This document shows positions 29,922-39,956 of a DNA stretch of 64,000 bases, piece after piece. Position 1 is the stretch's first letter. Each line of letters opens with the position of its first letter. A program made the position numbers and the translations under genes. Below the pieces are notes generated by a model. That model was not told where the DNA came from. It was given only the letters and a program-made list of their open reading frames with translations, and made no database searches. This stretch comes from an uncultured delta proteobacterium (GTDB lineage: Bacteria; Myxococcota; Myxococcia; Myxococcales; Anaeromyxobacteraceae): NCBI GenBank assembly GCA_963814585.1, contig CAWFDF010000012.1:470781-534780 (forward strand). The letters run 5' to 3'.

Positions 29922-31460
29922 ATGGAAAGGGTCCACCACCACGGGGATCGACGCAGCGGGGTGCTGCTCCACCCCACCTCGCTCCCGGGGCCGTTCGGGA
30001 TCGGCGACCTCGGCCCGAGCGCCCGCGCCTTCGCCGACTTCCTCTCGGAGGCCGGCCAGCGGGTCTGGCAGGTGCTCCCGCTCGGCCCCACCGGCTACGG
30101 TGACTCCCCGTACCAGTCGCCGGGCGCCCTGGCCGGGAACCCACTGCTGGTCAGCCCCGAGCTGCTGGCCGAGGACGGCCTGCTCACGCCGACGGAGCTG
30201 GCCGAGGCCCGCGGCGGCGGCGAGGGCGCCGTCGACTACGGCGCCGTCATCCCCCGCCGGGAGGCCCTGCTCCGCCTGGTCTCGGAGCGCTTCGGCGGGC
30301 GCGCCGGGCCGGGCCTGCACCGCGACCTGGAGGCCTTCCGGGCGGCGCGGGTGACCTGGCTGCCGGACCTGGCGCTCTTCCTGGCCCTCAAGGCCGCCCA
30401 CCAGGGCGCCCCGTGGCCGGCCTGGGCGCCCGAGCTGAGGGACCGGGACCCGACCGCCCTGGCCCGGGCGGCGAGGCGGCTGGCCACGGAGGTCGAGGCG
30501 CAGGTGGTGGCCCAGTTCCTCTTCGACCGACAGTGGCGGGCGCTGCGCGCCCACGCCCGCGGCCGAGGCGTCCAGCTCATGGGCGACCTCCCCATCTACG
30601 TGGCCCACGACAGCGCCGAGGTCTGGGCCCGGCGCGACCTGTTCCAGCTCGGCGAGCAGGGGGCGCCGACCGCGGTGGCGGGGGTCCCGCCCGACTACTT
30701 CTCGGCCACCGGCCAGCGCTGGGGCAATCCCCTCTACCGCTGGGAGGAGCGCCTCGACGACTGCGCCGGCTTCTTCGGCGAGCGGGCGCGCGACGCCCTG
30801 GCCTGGGTGGACGAGGTCCGGCTCGACCACTTCCGCGGCCTCGAGGCCTACTGGTCGATCCCGGCCGGCGCGCCGACGGCGGAGGAGGGGTCCTGGCGGC
30901 CCGGCCCGGGTGCGGCCATCCTCGACCGGCTGCGGCGCGAGCTGGGCCACCTCCCGTTCGTGGCGGAGAACCTCGGCGTCATCACGCCGCCGGTCGAGGC
31001 CCTGCGGCGCGGCTTCGGCCTCCCCGGCATGGCCATCCTCCAGTTCGCCTTCGGCACCGATCCCCAGGCGCCCGGATTCCGGCCGCACCGGTACCAGCGG
31101 GACCTGGTGGCCTACACCGGGACGCACGACAACGACACCGTGGCCGGCTGGTGGGCCAGCCAGGGCGGCGACTCCACCCGGTCCGCGGCGGACATCGAGC
31201 GGGAGAAGGCGCTGGCGCGCCGCTACCTGGACACCGACGGCCACGACATGCCCTGGGCGATGCTGCGCGCGCTGCAGGCCTCGGTGGCGGACACGGTGAT
31301 CGCCCCGGTGCAGGACCTGCTCGGGCTGGGGAGCGAGGCCCGCATGAACCGGCCCGGGACGGCCTCGGGGAACTGGCGCTGGCGGCTCCGGGAGGGAGGG
31401 CTCACCCCGGCCCTGGCGGCGAGGCTCGGCGAGCTCTCCAGCCTGTTCGACCGGCGGTGA
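29922..31460 (+). CDS. malQ: 4-alpha-glucanotransferase (GH77)
   Basis: SGVLLHPTSLP, WQVLPL, RLDHFRG, AENLG, YTGTHDNDT. Confidence 0.95.
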   Translation: MERVHHHGDRRSGVLLHPTSLPGPFGIGDLGPSARAFADFLSEAGQRVWQVLPLGPTGYGDSPYQSPGALAGNPLLVSPELLAEDGLLTPTELAEARGGGEGAVDYGAVIPRREALLRLVSERFGGRAGPGLHRDLEAFRAARVTWLPDLALFLALKAAHQGAPWPAWAPELRDRDPTALARAARRLATEVEAQVVAQFLFDRQWRALRAHARGRGVQLMGDLPIYVAHDSAEVWARRDLFQLGEQGAPTAVAGVPPDYFSATGQRWGNPLYRWEERLDDCAGFFGERARDALAWVDEVRLDHFRGLEAYWSIPAGAPTAEEGSWRPGPGAAILDRLRRELGHLPFVAENLGVITPPVEALRRGFGLPGMAILQFAFGTDPQAPGFRPHRYQRDLVAYTGTHDNDTVAGWWASQGGDSTRSAADIEREKALARRYLDTDGHDMPWAMLRALQASVADTVIAPVQDLLGLGSEARMNRPGTASGNWRWRLREGGLTPALAARLGELSSLFDRR

Positions 31461-33125
31461 TCAGCCCTCGCGCCGCAGCTCGAACCAGTAGAAGCCGTAC
31501 CCGCCCAGCGTCAGGACGTAGGGCGACTCGCCGATGACGGGGAACGGCGTGTAGCCCAGCATCTCCACGGGCGTGAGCCCCCGGAACCCGGAGAGGTCGA
31601 GCTGGGCGGGCTGGGCGTGGCGCGAGAGGTTGGCGACGCAGAGGATGGTGTCGGACTCCCAGCGCCGCACGAAGGCCAGGATCTTCCGGTTGGCCACCGC
31701 CAGGAACTCGATGCTGCCCCGCCCGAAGACCCGGAACTGCTTGCGCAGCCGGATCATGTTGCGCATCCAGTGGAGCAGCGAGGAGCGATCGCGCAGCTGG
31801 GCCTCGACGTTGACGGCCGCGGTCCCGTAGACCGGATCCGAGATGGGGGGCGAGTAGAGCCGGTCCGGCGGTGCCGCGGAGAAGCCGGCGCTGGCCTCGC
31901 CGGTCCACTGCATGGGGGTGCGCACGCCGTCGCGATCGGCGAGGAGCACGTCGTCCCCCATGCCGATCTCGTCGCCGTAGTAGAGGATGGGCGTCCCGGG
32001 CAGCGAGAAGAGCAGCCCGTTGAGCAGCTCGATGCGCTTGCGGCCGTTCTCCACCAGCGGCGCCAGGCGGCGGCGGATGCCGACGTTGACCCGGGCGCGC
32101 GGGTCGCGGGCGTACGCCAGGTTCATGTAGGCCCGGTCGTCGTCGCTCACCATCTCCAGGGTCAGCTCGTCGTGGTTGCGCAGGAAGAGGCCCCACTGGC
32201 ACGAGGGTGGGATGGCCGGCGTCCGCTGCATGATGTCGATGATGGGCTCGGCGGTCTCCCGACGCAGCCCCATGAAGATGCGCGGCATGACCGGGAAGTG
32301 GAAGGCCATGTGGCACTCGTCGCCGTCGCCGAAGTACGGCCGCACGTCCTCGGGCCACTGGTTGGCCTCGGCCAGGAGCATGCGGCCGGGGGCATGGCGG
32401 TCCACGAAGGCGCGAAGGCGCCGGATCACCGCGTGCGTCTCCGGGAGGTTCTCGCAGGAGGTCCCATCCCGCTCCACCAGGTAGGGGATGGCATCGAGCC
32501 GGAAGCCGTCCACGCCCAGGTCGAGCCAGAAGCGCATCACCTCCTCGAGCTCCTCGAGGACGCGGGGGTTGTCGAAGTTGAGATCCGGCTGGTGGCTGAA
32601 GAAGCGGTGCCAGTAGAAGGACTGGGCCACCTCGTCCCAGGTCCAGTTCGACTTCTCGGTGTCCGTGAAGATGATGCGGGTGCCGCCGTACTTCTGGTCG
32701 GTGTCGCTCCAGACGTAGTACTCGCGCTCGGGAGAGCCCGGCGGCGCCCGCCTGGCCCGCTGGAACCACGGGTGCTGGTCGGAGGTATGGTTGACGACCA
32801 GCTCCACCAGCACCGCGATGTCGCGGCGGTGGGCCTCCTCGAGCAGCAGCCGGAAGTCGTCGAGGGTCCCGTAGGTGGGGTGGACGTCGCAGTAGTCGGC
32901 GATGTCGTAGCCGTCGTCGCGCAGCGGCGACGGGAAGAACGGGAGCAGCCAGAGGCACGTGACGCCGAGCGTCTCCAGGTAGTCGAGCTTGTCGGTCAGC
33001 CCCTGGAAGTCGCCGATGCCGTCGCCGTTGCCGTCGGAGAACGCCTTGACGTGCGTCTCGTAGATGATCGCGTCCTTGTACCAGAGCGGATCGAGGGTGG
33101 TCCGGGTGGTCACGGTCGCGCGCAC
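31461..33125 (-). CDS. treS: Trehalose synthase (maltose alpha-D-glucosyltransferase)
   Basis: [36 protein letters not shown]. Confidence 0.95.
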   Translation of the reverse strand: MRATVTTRTTLDPLWYKDAIIYETHVKAFSDGNGDGIGDFQGLTDKLDYLETLGVTCLWLLPFFPSPLRDDGYDIADYCDVHPTYGTLDDFRLLLEEAHRRDIAVLVELVVNHTSDQHPWFQRARRAPPGSPEREYYVWSDTDQKYGGTRIIFTDTEKSNWTWDEVAQSFYWHRFFSHQPDLNFDNPRVLEELEEVMRFWLDLGVDGFRLDAIPYLVERDGTSCENLPETHAVIRRLRAFVDRHAPGRMLLAEANQWPEDVRPYFGDGDECHMAFHFPVMPRIFMGLRRETAEPIIDIMQRTPAIPPSCQWGLFLRNHDELTLEMVSDDDRAYMNLAYARDPRARVNVGIRRRLAPLVENGRKRIELLNGLLFSLPGTPILYYGDEIGMGDDVLLADRDGVRTPMQWTGEASAGFSAAPPDRLYSPPISDPVYGTAAVNVEAQLRDRSSLLHWMRNMIRLRKQFRVFGRGSIEFLAVANRKILAFVRRWESDTILCVANLSRHAQPAQLDLSGFRGLTPVEMLGYTPFPVIGESPYVLTLGGYGFYWFELRREG

Positions 33126-33132
33126 CGGGTGA

Positions 33133-33603
33133 CTACCGGCCAGGGGGCGGCGGAGCCAGCGTGGGCGCGGGCGCGCCTGGCTCCCGGAGCAGCGGGTGGA
33201 GCGCCCGACGGATCTCGTCCAGGGAGGCCCGGACGGTCGGGTCGCGACGGGCCAGCGCGCCGGTCACGACGTCGCGCCTGGCCAGCACCGCGGTGAGCGC
33301 GGCCTGCAACTCGGGGCTGTCCGCTCCGCCCGCCGACTGCCGGACCAGGTCGAAGAAGCGCGTGGAGGCGACCTGGGCCTTCTCGTACGAGGCCGGATCC
33401 TTGGCGTCCTCCAGGAGGTCGAGCACGCGATCGTGCAGCGCGTGGACGAGGATCAGGGAGCGGGCCGCGGCCAGCTCGGCCTCGGCCCGGGCCAGCCGGG
33501 CCTCGACGTCGAAGCGGCGCCCGCGCTCCGGCAGGTGCACTCCGACCAGCACGGCAACAGCGCCCACCACCACGGAAACCACGACTGCGATCAGGAGCTT
33601 CAT
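33133..33603 (-). CDS. Small membrane-anchored helical hypothetical protein
   Basis: N-terminal [28 protein letters not shown] overlap with the MarR stop. Confidence 0.65.
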   Translation of the reverse strand: MKLLIAVVVSVVVGAVAVLVGVHLPERGRRFDVEARLARAEAELAAARSLILVHALHDRVLDLLEDAKDPASYEKAQVASTRFFDLVRQSAGGADSPELQAALTAVLARRDVVTGALARRDPTVRASLDEIRRALHPLLREPGAPAPTLAPPPPGR

Positions 33604-34109
33604 GGTGTCTCCTCGTTGACGACATGAATGGCGCGACGGCGGACGCCTGGTCGGGGTGGAGCGCGACGCCGGCCCGCCGGCGGCGGGGCTCCCGAGAGCC
33701 GCTTGGTGAGCTGGGCGAGGACGGCACGGGTCTCCTCCCCACGGCCCGGTGGCGAGGCCTCCAGGACCTGCCGGACGGCGGTCTCCACCGTCCCCGGAAG
33801 GAGGGCGTCGATGGACTTCCCTCGCCGGGTCAGCACCAGGCGGACCTGGCGGCCGTCGTCCGGATCGGCTCGCCGCTCCAGGAAGCCGGCGCTGGCGAGA
33901 CGTGCCGCCAGGCGGCTGACCGTGGCCGGGTGGAGGTGGAGCTGGCGGGCCGCCTGGCCCGGCGTGCACCCCTTCAGCCGGCCGACCACGCGGACCAGGA
34001 GCCGCTGCGGTCCGGTCACCCCGTACCGCTCCAGCATCCGCCTGGAGAGCGCCTGCATGGCGTGGTCGAGCGCCCACAGATCCTGGAGGAAGGCGAGCTC
34101 CTCGGTCAT
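33600..34109 (-). CDS. MarR family transcriptional regulator
   Basis: YGVTGPQ, LHPATVSRL, DPDDGRQVRLVLT..G. Confidence 0.88.
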   Translation of the reverse strand: MTEELAFLQDLWALDHAMQALSRRMLERYGVTGPQRLLVRVVGRLKGCTPGQAARQLHLHPATVSRLAARLASAGFLERRADPDDGRQVRLVLTRRGKSIDALLPGTVETAVRQVLEASPPGRGEETRAVLAQLTKRLSGAPPPAGRRRAPPRPGVRRRAIHVVNEETP

Positions 34110-34154
34110 CGACTCCCTGGCCGGCATCCCTGGTTCTCCGATCGGACCGTGACG

Positions 34155-34655
34155 TCAGGCACCGGTCGGGAGCCGTGACGAGACCGCCACGATGGCCCCG
34201 ACGTTGACGATGGCGCTGCGGACCGTCCCGGTCCGCGAGAGCTGGCTCGACGGGAAGCGGAGGCGGCTCCGCTCCACCACCACGAAGCGCTGTGCCTGCT
34301 CCAGGAAGCGGGCCGGCGAGCCTCCTCTCCTGACCTCGAAGAGGCCGGTGAGCTGGCCCTGGGCCAGCAGGATCGTCGCCTGGTGCTGGGCGCCTCGCCC
34401 TCGCGCCGGGCTCGGCGCCACGCGTTCCTCGGCCTGGGGCACCAGGAGGTGCAGGTGATGCTTGGCGATCGACAGCGGCGCGGCCCCGGGCCTCCACCAG
34501 CCCGAGGCGACCTCCGCCAGGTGGACCTGCCGGCCGGCGCCGTTGAGGAACCGGAGCAGCGTCTGCCGGCCAGGCAGGCGCAGGGCCCCGAGGATCCAGC
34601 CTCGCGGCGTGAGCAGGTGCGCCCAGACCAGACGTTCTCCCGCCAGGGCCTTCAT
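34155..34655 (-). CDS. Hypothetical protein with two tandem homologous domains (DUF6812-like)
   Basis: Two similar segments: LLTPRGWILGAL...RFLN and ILLAQGQLTGLF...RFLE. Confidence 0.5.
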   Translation of the reverse strand: MKALAGERLVWAHLLTPRGWILGALRLPGRQTLLRFLNGAGRQVHLAEVASGWWRPGAAPLSIAKHHLHLLVPQAEERVAPSPARGRGAQHQATILLAQGQLTGLFEVRRGGSPARFLEQAQRFVVVERSRLRFPSSQLSRTGTVRSAIVNVGAIVAVSSRLPTGA

Positions 34656-34874
34656 GACTCGCCTCCCCGCGTTGCGCCGTCCATCCCCATCAGTTCTGTG
34701 CACATGCACTCATCATAGACCTCTTCCTGCCTTCGATCGACCACCCCCCGGGCCGGGAGCCCGCGCGGTCCTGTCATGACCCTGGCGTGGTGGGCGGCGG
34801 GCGCCACCCCCAGGGGGCTCCCGGAGGGGACGTGGCCCGGCAGACGGAGCGCTCCGCGGCTTCCCTGCCTGGCC

Positions 34875-36524
34875 TCATGGCCGACCGCGATCCGGCGAGG
34901 CGGCCGGGCCGCGGGCGTCCTGGCGGTCCAGGTGCAGCGTCTGCGTCGGGAAGGCCATGGAGGTGCCGGCCGACTGGACCACCCCCATGAACTGGAGGAG
35001 CACCTCCTGGCGGATCCCCTGGAACTCGCCCCAGTCGCAGGTCCGGAACCAGGCCATGATCTCGATGTCGAGCGAGAAGGCGCCGAACTGCTTGAAGCGG
35101 ACGACCACGGCGTCCGGCCAGATGAGCGGGTGGGCGCGGAGCACGGCCTCGAGCCCCGCCAGCACCACCCGCATCTGGTCGGCGGTGGTCTCGTAGACCA
35201 GCCCGAGGTCGCAGGCCAGGCGGATCCGGTCGCGAGCGGTGTACGACTCGAGCCGCATGTCGGCCAGCCGACCGTTGGGGATGGTCACCAGGGTCCGATC
35301 CAGGGTGCGTATCCGGGTCGACCGCAGCCCCACCGCCTCGACCGTACCGACCATGTCCTCGACCTTGACGAAGTCGCCCTCCCGGATGGGCTGGTCGAGG
35401 CCGATGGCCACCGCGCCGAACAGGTTCTCCACGGTCTTCTGCGCCGCGAGGGCGAAGGCGAGGCCGCCCAGGCCGAGGCCGGCCAGGAGGCTGGCCACCG
35501 GGTAGCCGAGCTCCGACAGCGCTGCGATCACGGCCAGCGCGCCCACCACCACCTTGGCGATGCGCCCGGCGATGGAGAGGAGCGACCGGGAGCCCGGCCG
35601 GTCTCGGGCCCACGGCGCCTGCGCCAGCGCGCTGGTGGAGACGTCGATGGCTCGCAGCATCGACCAGAACGCCACCACCAGGATGCCGGCGCGCATGACC
35701 CGGTCCGTGACCACCTGGATCGGCTGGGACATGTCGAGCCGCGCCAGGATCAGGGCGGCCACCGCGAGGCTCCAGGCCAGCGTCAGCGGCCCTCCCAGGC
35801 GATTGACGACCTCATCGTCCCACCTCGCCCTGGTGCGCCGGGTGAACCGCAGGAGCACGGCCCGGGTGATCCGGCCGAGGAGGGCACCGAGGGTCCAGGC
35901 CACCGGGGCGATGATCAGCAGCGCCAGCCACTGCCACCAGGGCAGCTCCAGGGGCCCGGCCCGGAGGAGCGGCGCCGGGAGCCGGTCGAGCGCCCACCGG
36001 CCAGGCAGCCTCCCGTACCAGGACGGGATCCGCTCCACCGTCGAGCGCGCGAACTTCCACCTCCTCGCCCCAGCCTCCTCCAGCCGGGCCAGGCGGACGG
36101 GCTCCAGCTGGCCGGCCGCGCCCGGCACCCGGCCCAGCTCCTCCAGGGTGGAGGGCAGACCGTCTCCCTGGCGGCCCTCGGCCGCGTCCGACACCTCCTG
36201 CAGGTCGATCCAGAGGCTGCGATCGAGCACGGCCTTCAGGTGGCGGGCGAGCGCCTCTCCGTCGGGCCGCTGCGAGGGCGCGACGTCCAGGAGGGACGCG
36301 GCCTCGCGAAACCGGCCTTCGCGGGCCAGGTCCAGGAAGCGCTCGACGAGCGCCCGCGGGGTCTCGGCGAGGTCGCCGGCCGAGGATCCTCCCGGCAGGG
36401 CGTTCCCGGCCGCCGGCGTGACCTCGGCGGTCGGCGCCGCGGGCGCGGGCTGGGAGAGTGCCAGCAGGAGCGAGGCCAGGAGCCGCGCGGCGATCACGGT
36501 GGTCATGGCCGTCGAGAATGCCAC
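34875..36524 (-). CDS. MscS mechanosensitive channel with N-terminal periplasmic domain
   Basis: Signal peptide; LLAGLGLGGLAFALAAQKT, GDFV, GLRSTRIRT, IPNG, AFPT. Confidence 0.92.
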   Translation of the reverse strand: MAFSTAMTTVIAARLLASLLLALSQPAPAAPTAEVTPAAGNALPGGSSAGDLAETPRALVERFLDLAREGRFREAASLLDVAPSQRPDGEALARHLKAVLDRSLWIDLQEVSDAAEGRQGDGLPSTLEELGRVPGAAGQLEPVRLARLEEAGARRWKFARSTVERIPSWYGRLPGRWALDRLPAPLLRAGPLELPWWQWLALLIIAPVAWTLGALLGRITRAVLLRFTRRTRARWDDEVVNRLGGPLTLAWSLAVAALILARLDMSQPIQVVTDRVMRAGILVVAFWSMLRAIDVSTSALAQAPWARDRPGSRSLLSIAGRIAKVVVGALAVIAALSELGYPVASLLAGLGLGGLAFALAAQKTVENLFGAVAIGLDQPIREGDFVKVEDMVGTVEAVGLRSTRIRTLDRTLVTIPNGRLADMRLESYTARDRIRLACDLGLVYETTADQMRVVLAGLEAVLRAHPLIWPDAVVVRFKQFGAFSLDIEIMAWFRTCDWGEFQGIRQEVLLQFMGVVQSAGTSMAFPTQTLHLDRQDARGPAASPDRGRP

Positions 36525-36585
36525 TCCCCGGCCTCCTCGGCACGTCGGACCCCGGGGACGGGGCGCGACCGGGACCGGTCGAGGT

Positions 36586-39318
36586 TCATGAGATTGCCGG
36601 GGTCGGCTCGCCTCGCCGCGCCCGCCTCGCCACCTTCTCGACCTCCATGACGCCCACCAGGAGGAGCGCTCCGGCCACGCCGACGGCCCACTCCAGCGGC
36701 CCGGCCGGCTGCGCGCCCAGCACGGCGCCGAGCCACGGCGTGTACATGGCCGCCACGTGCAGGAGGAGGGCGGCCATGGTCCCGAAGAGCAGCAGGCGGT
36801 TGCGCAGCGGGCTGAGCGCGAACACCGAGCGCGTCTCGGAGCGGCTGTTGCCGGCCTGGGCGTTCTCGAAGAGGACCATCATGAGCAGGAGGCCGCTCCC
36901 GGCCCGGGCCGGGTCCCATCCGGCCGCCAGGGCGGCCCACCAGGCGCCGAAGGCGATGGTGGCCATGATCGCGGCGGAGAGGAGGGTCCGGCCCAGCATG
37001 AGCCGGTTGAAGATGGGCTCGCCGGGAGGCCGGGGCGGCTGGGCCAGCTCGCCCCCCTCGCCCGGCTCGAAGGCCAGGGCCACGTCCTGGATGCCATTGG
37101 TCACCAGGTTGAGCCAGAGGAGCTGGACGGCGGTCAGCGGCAGGGGGAGGCCTGCCAGCGTCGCCAGCACGAACAGCAGGATCTCCGCCGCGCCGCTCGA
37201 GACCAGCAGGAAGATGACCTTGCGGACGTTGGCGTAGGCGATGCGCCCCTCCTCGATGCCGGCGACGATGGAGGCGAAGTTGTCGTCGGCCAGGACCAGC
37301 TGCGCGCTCTCCCGGGCCACGTCGGTGCCGCGGCGCCCCATGGCGATCCCGATGTGGGCGGCCCGCAGCGCCGGTGCATCGTTGGCGCCGTCACCGGTCA
37401 CGGCGACGAAGTGGCCGGCGCGCTGGAGGGCCTGGACGATCTCGAGCTTCTGGGTCGGCTCGACGCGGGCGAAGACCCTGGCTCCGCGGACCAGCGCGTC
37501 GACGGCCCCCTCGCCCTCCGCCTGGGCCTGGGCCAGCCTCCGCCCCGTCACCACCTGCGCCGGGTCCTGGAGGAGGCCGAGCTCCTGGGCGATGGCGCTC
37601 GCCGTCACCGGATGGTCTCCGGTGACCATGACCACCTCGACGCCGGCCTGGCGGCAGGCCCGGACGGCCGCCGGCGCCTCGGGGCGGAGCGGGTCGGCCA
37701 GGGCCACCAGCCCCAGGTAGCCGAGTCCCCGCAGCGCCGTGGCGTCGAGGGCGGCGTCCTCGTGAAGCTCACCGCTGGCGAGGGCGATGACCCGGTAGCC
37801 CGCCGCGGCCAGCGTCTCGACCTCGCGCTCCACCCGGCCCGCGTCCAGGGGCCCTGGGCCACCGGCGGTCTCCACGCAGGTGCACATGGGCAGGATCCGC
37901 TCCACCGCGCCCTTCACGAAGGCCCGAGGCGGGCCGCCCGGGGGGCGGTGGAAGGTGGCGGCGTAGCGCTGCTCGGGCTCGTAGGGGATGTCGGCGACGC
38001 GTGGCCAGCGGACCTCGGCCTCGGCCCGGAGCACGCCGCCCTGGTGCGCCAGCACCAGGAGGGCGACGTCCACGGCATCGCCGTGGTGGACCCAGCGGCC
38101 GTCCCGGTGGCCCAGGAAGCCGTCGTTGCATAGCGCGGCGGCCATGAGGAGCCGCTCCAGCCGCGCTCCCGGGGGCGCCCCGCCGTCGGGGAGCCTGATC
38201 TCCCCGTCCGGTGCCTCCCCCCCGCCGGTCACCTCGAGGACCCCGGCGTCCGGGAGCAGCACCGCGCGGGCGGACAGCTCGTTGATCGTCAGGGTCCCCG
38301 TCTTGTCGGAGGCGATGATGGTGCAGGACCCGAGCGACTCGACCGCCACCAGCCGCCGCGCGATGACGTTGCGCCCGCCCATGCGCCTGGCCCCGATGGA
38401 CAGGGCCACGGTCAGGGCGACCGGCAGCCCCTCCGGGATGGCCGAGACCGCCAGCGCCACCGCCATCAGGAACACCTCGGACGGCGAGGCGCCGCGCGCC
38501 AGGGCGATGCCGCCGAGGACCAGCACGGCGGCCATGACCGCCAGCGCCACGCGCCGGGCGAAGCGGTCCATCCGGACCAGCAGCGGAGCCCGCGCCGACT
38601 CGGCCGAGAGCAGCGCCGTGGCGATCCGCCCCAGCTCGGTCCAGGCCCCCGTGCCCACCACCACGCCGGTGGCCCGGCCGCGCGCGACGACGCTCCCGGC
38701 GAACGCCATGGTGGGCCGGTCGGCCAGGCCCGCGTCGGCCTTCACCGCGGCGTCGGCCGCCTTGCTGACCGCCATCGACTCGCCGGTGAGGAGCGACTCG
38801 TCGATCTCCAGCCCCGCCGAGGAGATCAGGCGAACGTCGGCAGGGACCCGGAACCCGGACTCGACGACCACCAGGTCCCCGGGCACCAGCTCCTCGCCGT
38901 CCAGCTCCTGGTCCTCGCCCTCCCGGACCACCCTCGCCCGGGAGGTGACCATGGCGCGCAGCGCCGCGGCGGCTCTCTGCGCCGCCTGCTCCTGCGCGGT
39001 GCCGATGATGGCGTTGAGCAGCAGCACCACGGCGATGAAGGCGGCGTCGGTGAGGTGGCGCAGGGCCAGCGAGACCCCCGCCGCCGCCAGCAGGACGTAG
39101 ATGAGCGGCGAGGCGAACTGCCGGGCGAAGAGGGCCGCCAGCCCGGGCGGGCGGGCCGTGGGGAGCGCGTTCCGCCCGAAGCGGGCCAGGCGGGATCCGG
39201 CCTCGGCCTGGGACAGGCCGACGGGCCGGGTCTCGAACGTCGCCATGACCTCGTCGACGGCGCAGGCGTGTGGCGCGGCGAGGGCGGGCGGCGTGGAGGT
39301 CGTGGCCGAGGGCCGCAT
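36586..39318 (-). CDS. Cation-transporting P-type ATPase (P2A-like)
   Basis: TGES, PEGL, DKTGT, KGA, TGDGAND. Confidence 0.93.
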   Translation of the reverse strand: MRPSATTSTPPALAAPHACAVDEVMATFETRPVGLSQAEAGSRLARFGRNALPTARPPGLAALFARQFASPLIYVLLAAAGVSLALRHLTDAAFIAVVLLLNAIIGTAQEQAAQRAAAALRAMVTSRARVVREGEDQELDGEELVPGDLVVVESGFRVPADVRLISSAGLEIDESLLTGESMAVSKAADAAVKADAGLADRPTMAFAGSVVARGRATGVVVGTGAWTELGRIATALLSAESARAPLLVRMDRFARRVALAVMAAVLVLGGIALARGASPSEVFLMAVALAVSAIPEGLPVALTVALSIGARRMGGRNVIARRLVAVESLGSCTIIASDKTGTLTINELSARAVLLPDAGVLEVTGGGEAPDGEIRLPDGGAPPGARLERLLMAAALCNDGFLGHRDGRWVHHGDAVDVALLVLAHQGGVLRAEAEVRWPRVADIPYEPEQRYAATFHRPPGGPPRAFVKGAVERILPMCTCVETAGGPGPLDAGRVEREVETLAAAGYRVIALASGELHEDAALDATALRGLGYLGLVALADPLRPEAPAAVRACRQAGVEVVMVTGDHPVTASAIAQELGLLQDPAQVVTGRRLAQAQAEGEGAVDALVRGARVFARVEPTQKLEIVQALQRAGHFVAVTGDGANDAPALRAAHIGIAMGRRGTDVARESAQLVLADDNFASIVAGIEEGRIAYANVRKVIFLLVSSGAAEILLFVLATLAGLPLPLTAVQLLWLNLVTNGIQDVALAFEPGEGGELAQPPRPPGEPIFNRLMLGRTLLSAAIMATIAFGAWWAALAAGWDPARAGSGLLLMMVLFENAQAGNSRSETRSVFALSPLRNRLLLFGTMAALLLHVAAMYTPWLGAVLGAQPAGPLEWAVGVAGALLLVGVMEVEKVARRARRGEPTPAIS

Positions 39319-39527
39319 CGGGGGACGCTCGCTCCCGGCCGCTGGCCCACTGGCACCCGGCGGGCACGAGCCGCAGCCATCCGAAGCTTGCGCGCTCGGG
39401 TCCGGCCCGGTCAATGCGGACCGGTTTCGCGCTCTGCGGCACTCGGCCGCATGCGTTCAGGAGACGGCGCGCACCGTGAGTGCACCCCGCGGGCCTCAGG
39501 CGGGCACCGCTCCACCTCCAGCGCGCC

Positions 39528-39956
39528 CTACGATCCCACGGCGACGTAGGCCGGGAGGTCCCCCGCCAGCCGGCGGAGGCCCTTCTTCCGATCCAGGCCC
39601 TTGAAGCCGAAGAGCGGCCGCCGCACGCCGAGCACGATCTCCTTGGCGCCGAGCCGGACTGCCTCGTCGACGATGGTCCGGTACAGGCGCCCTCGGGCCT
39701 GGCTGATCTCCACGGCGAACCCGGCCTCTCGCAGCCTCGCCGCGGAGGCCTCCAGGACGTCCCGGGCCCTGCGCGCGCGGAACTCCTCCAGCGAGTCCCG
39801 GCGCAGGTAGACGCCCACCGCGTGGGACCACCTGGGCGGCTCATGGACATAGACCAGCAAGACGGTCACGGCGCCACGTTCGTGAAGCCCCATCACGTGA
39901 TCGAGCGCCCGACGGGTGTCCTCGGATCCATCGACTGGCACGAGAATGCGGATCAT
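39528..39956 (-). CDS. Universal stress protein
   Basis: ILVPVDGS...IVLG. Confidence 0.8.
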   Translation of the reverse strand: MIRILVPVDGSEDTRRALDHVMGLHERGAVTVLLVYVHEPPRWSHAVGVYLRRDSLEEFRARRARDVLEASAARLREAGFAVEISQARGRLYRTIVDEAVRLGAKEIVLGVRRPLFGFKGLDRKKGLRRLAGDLPAYVAVGS

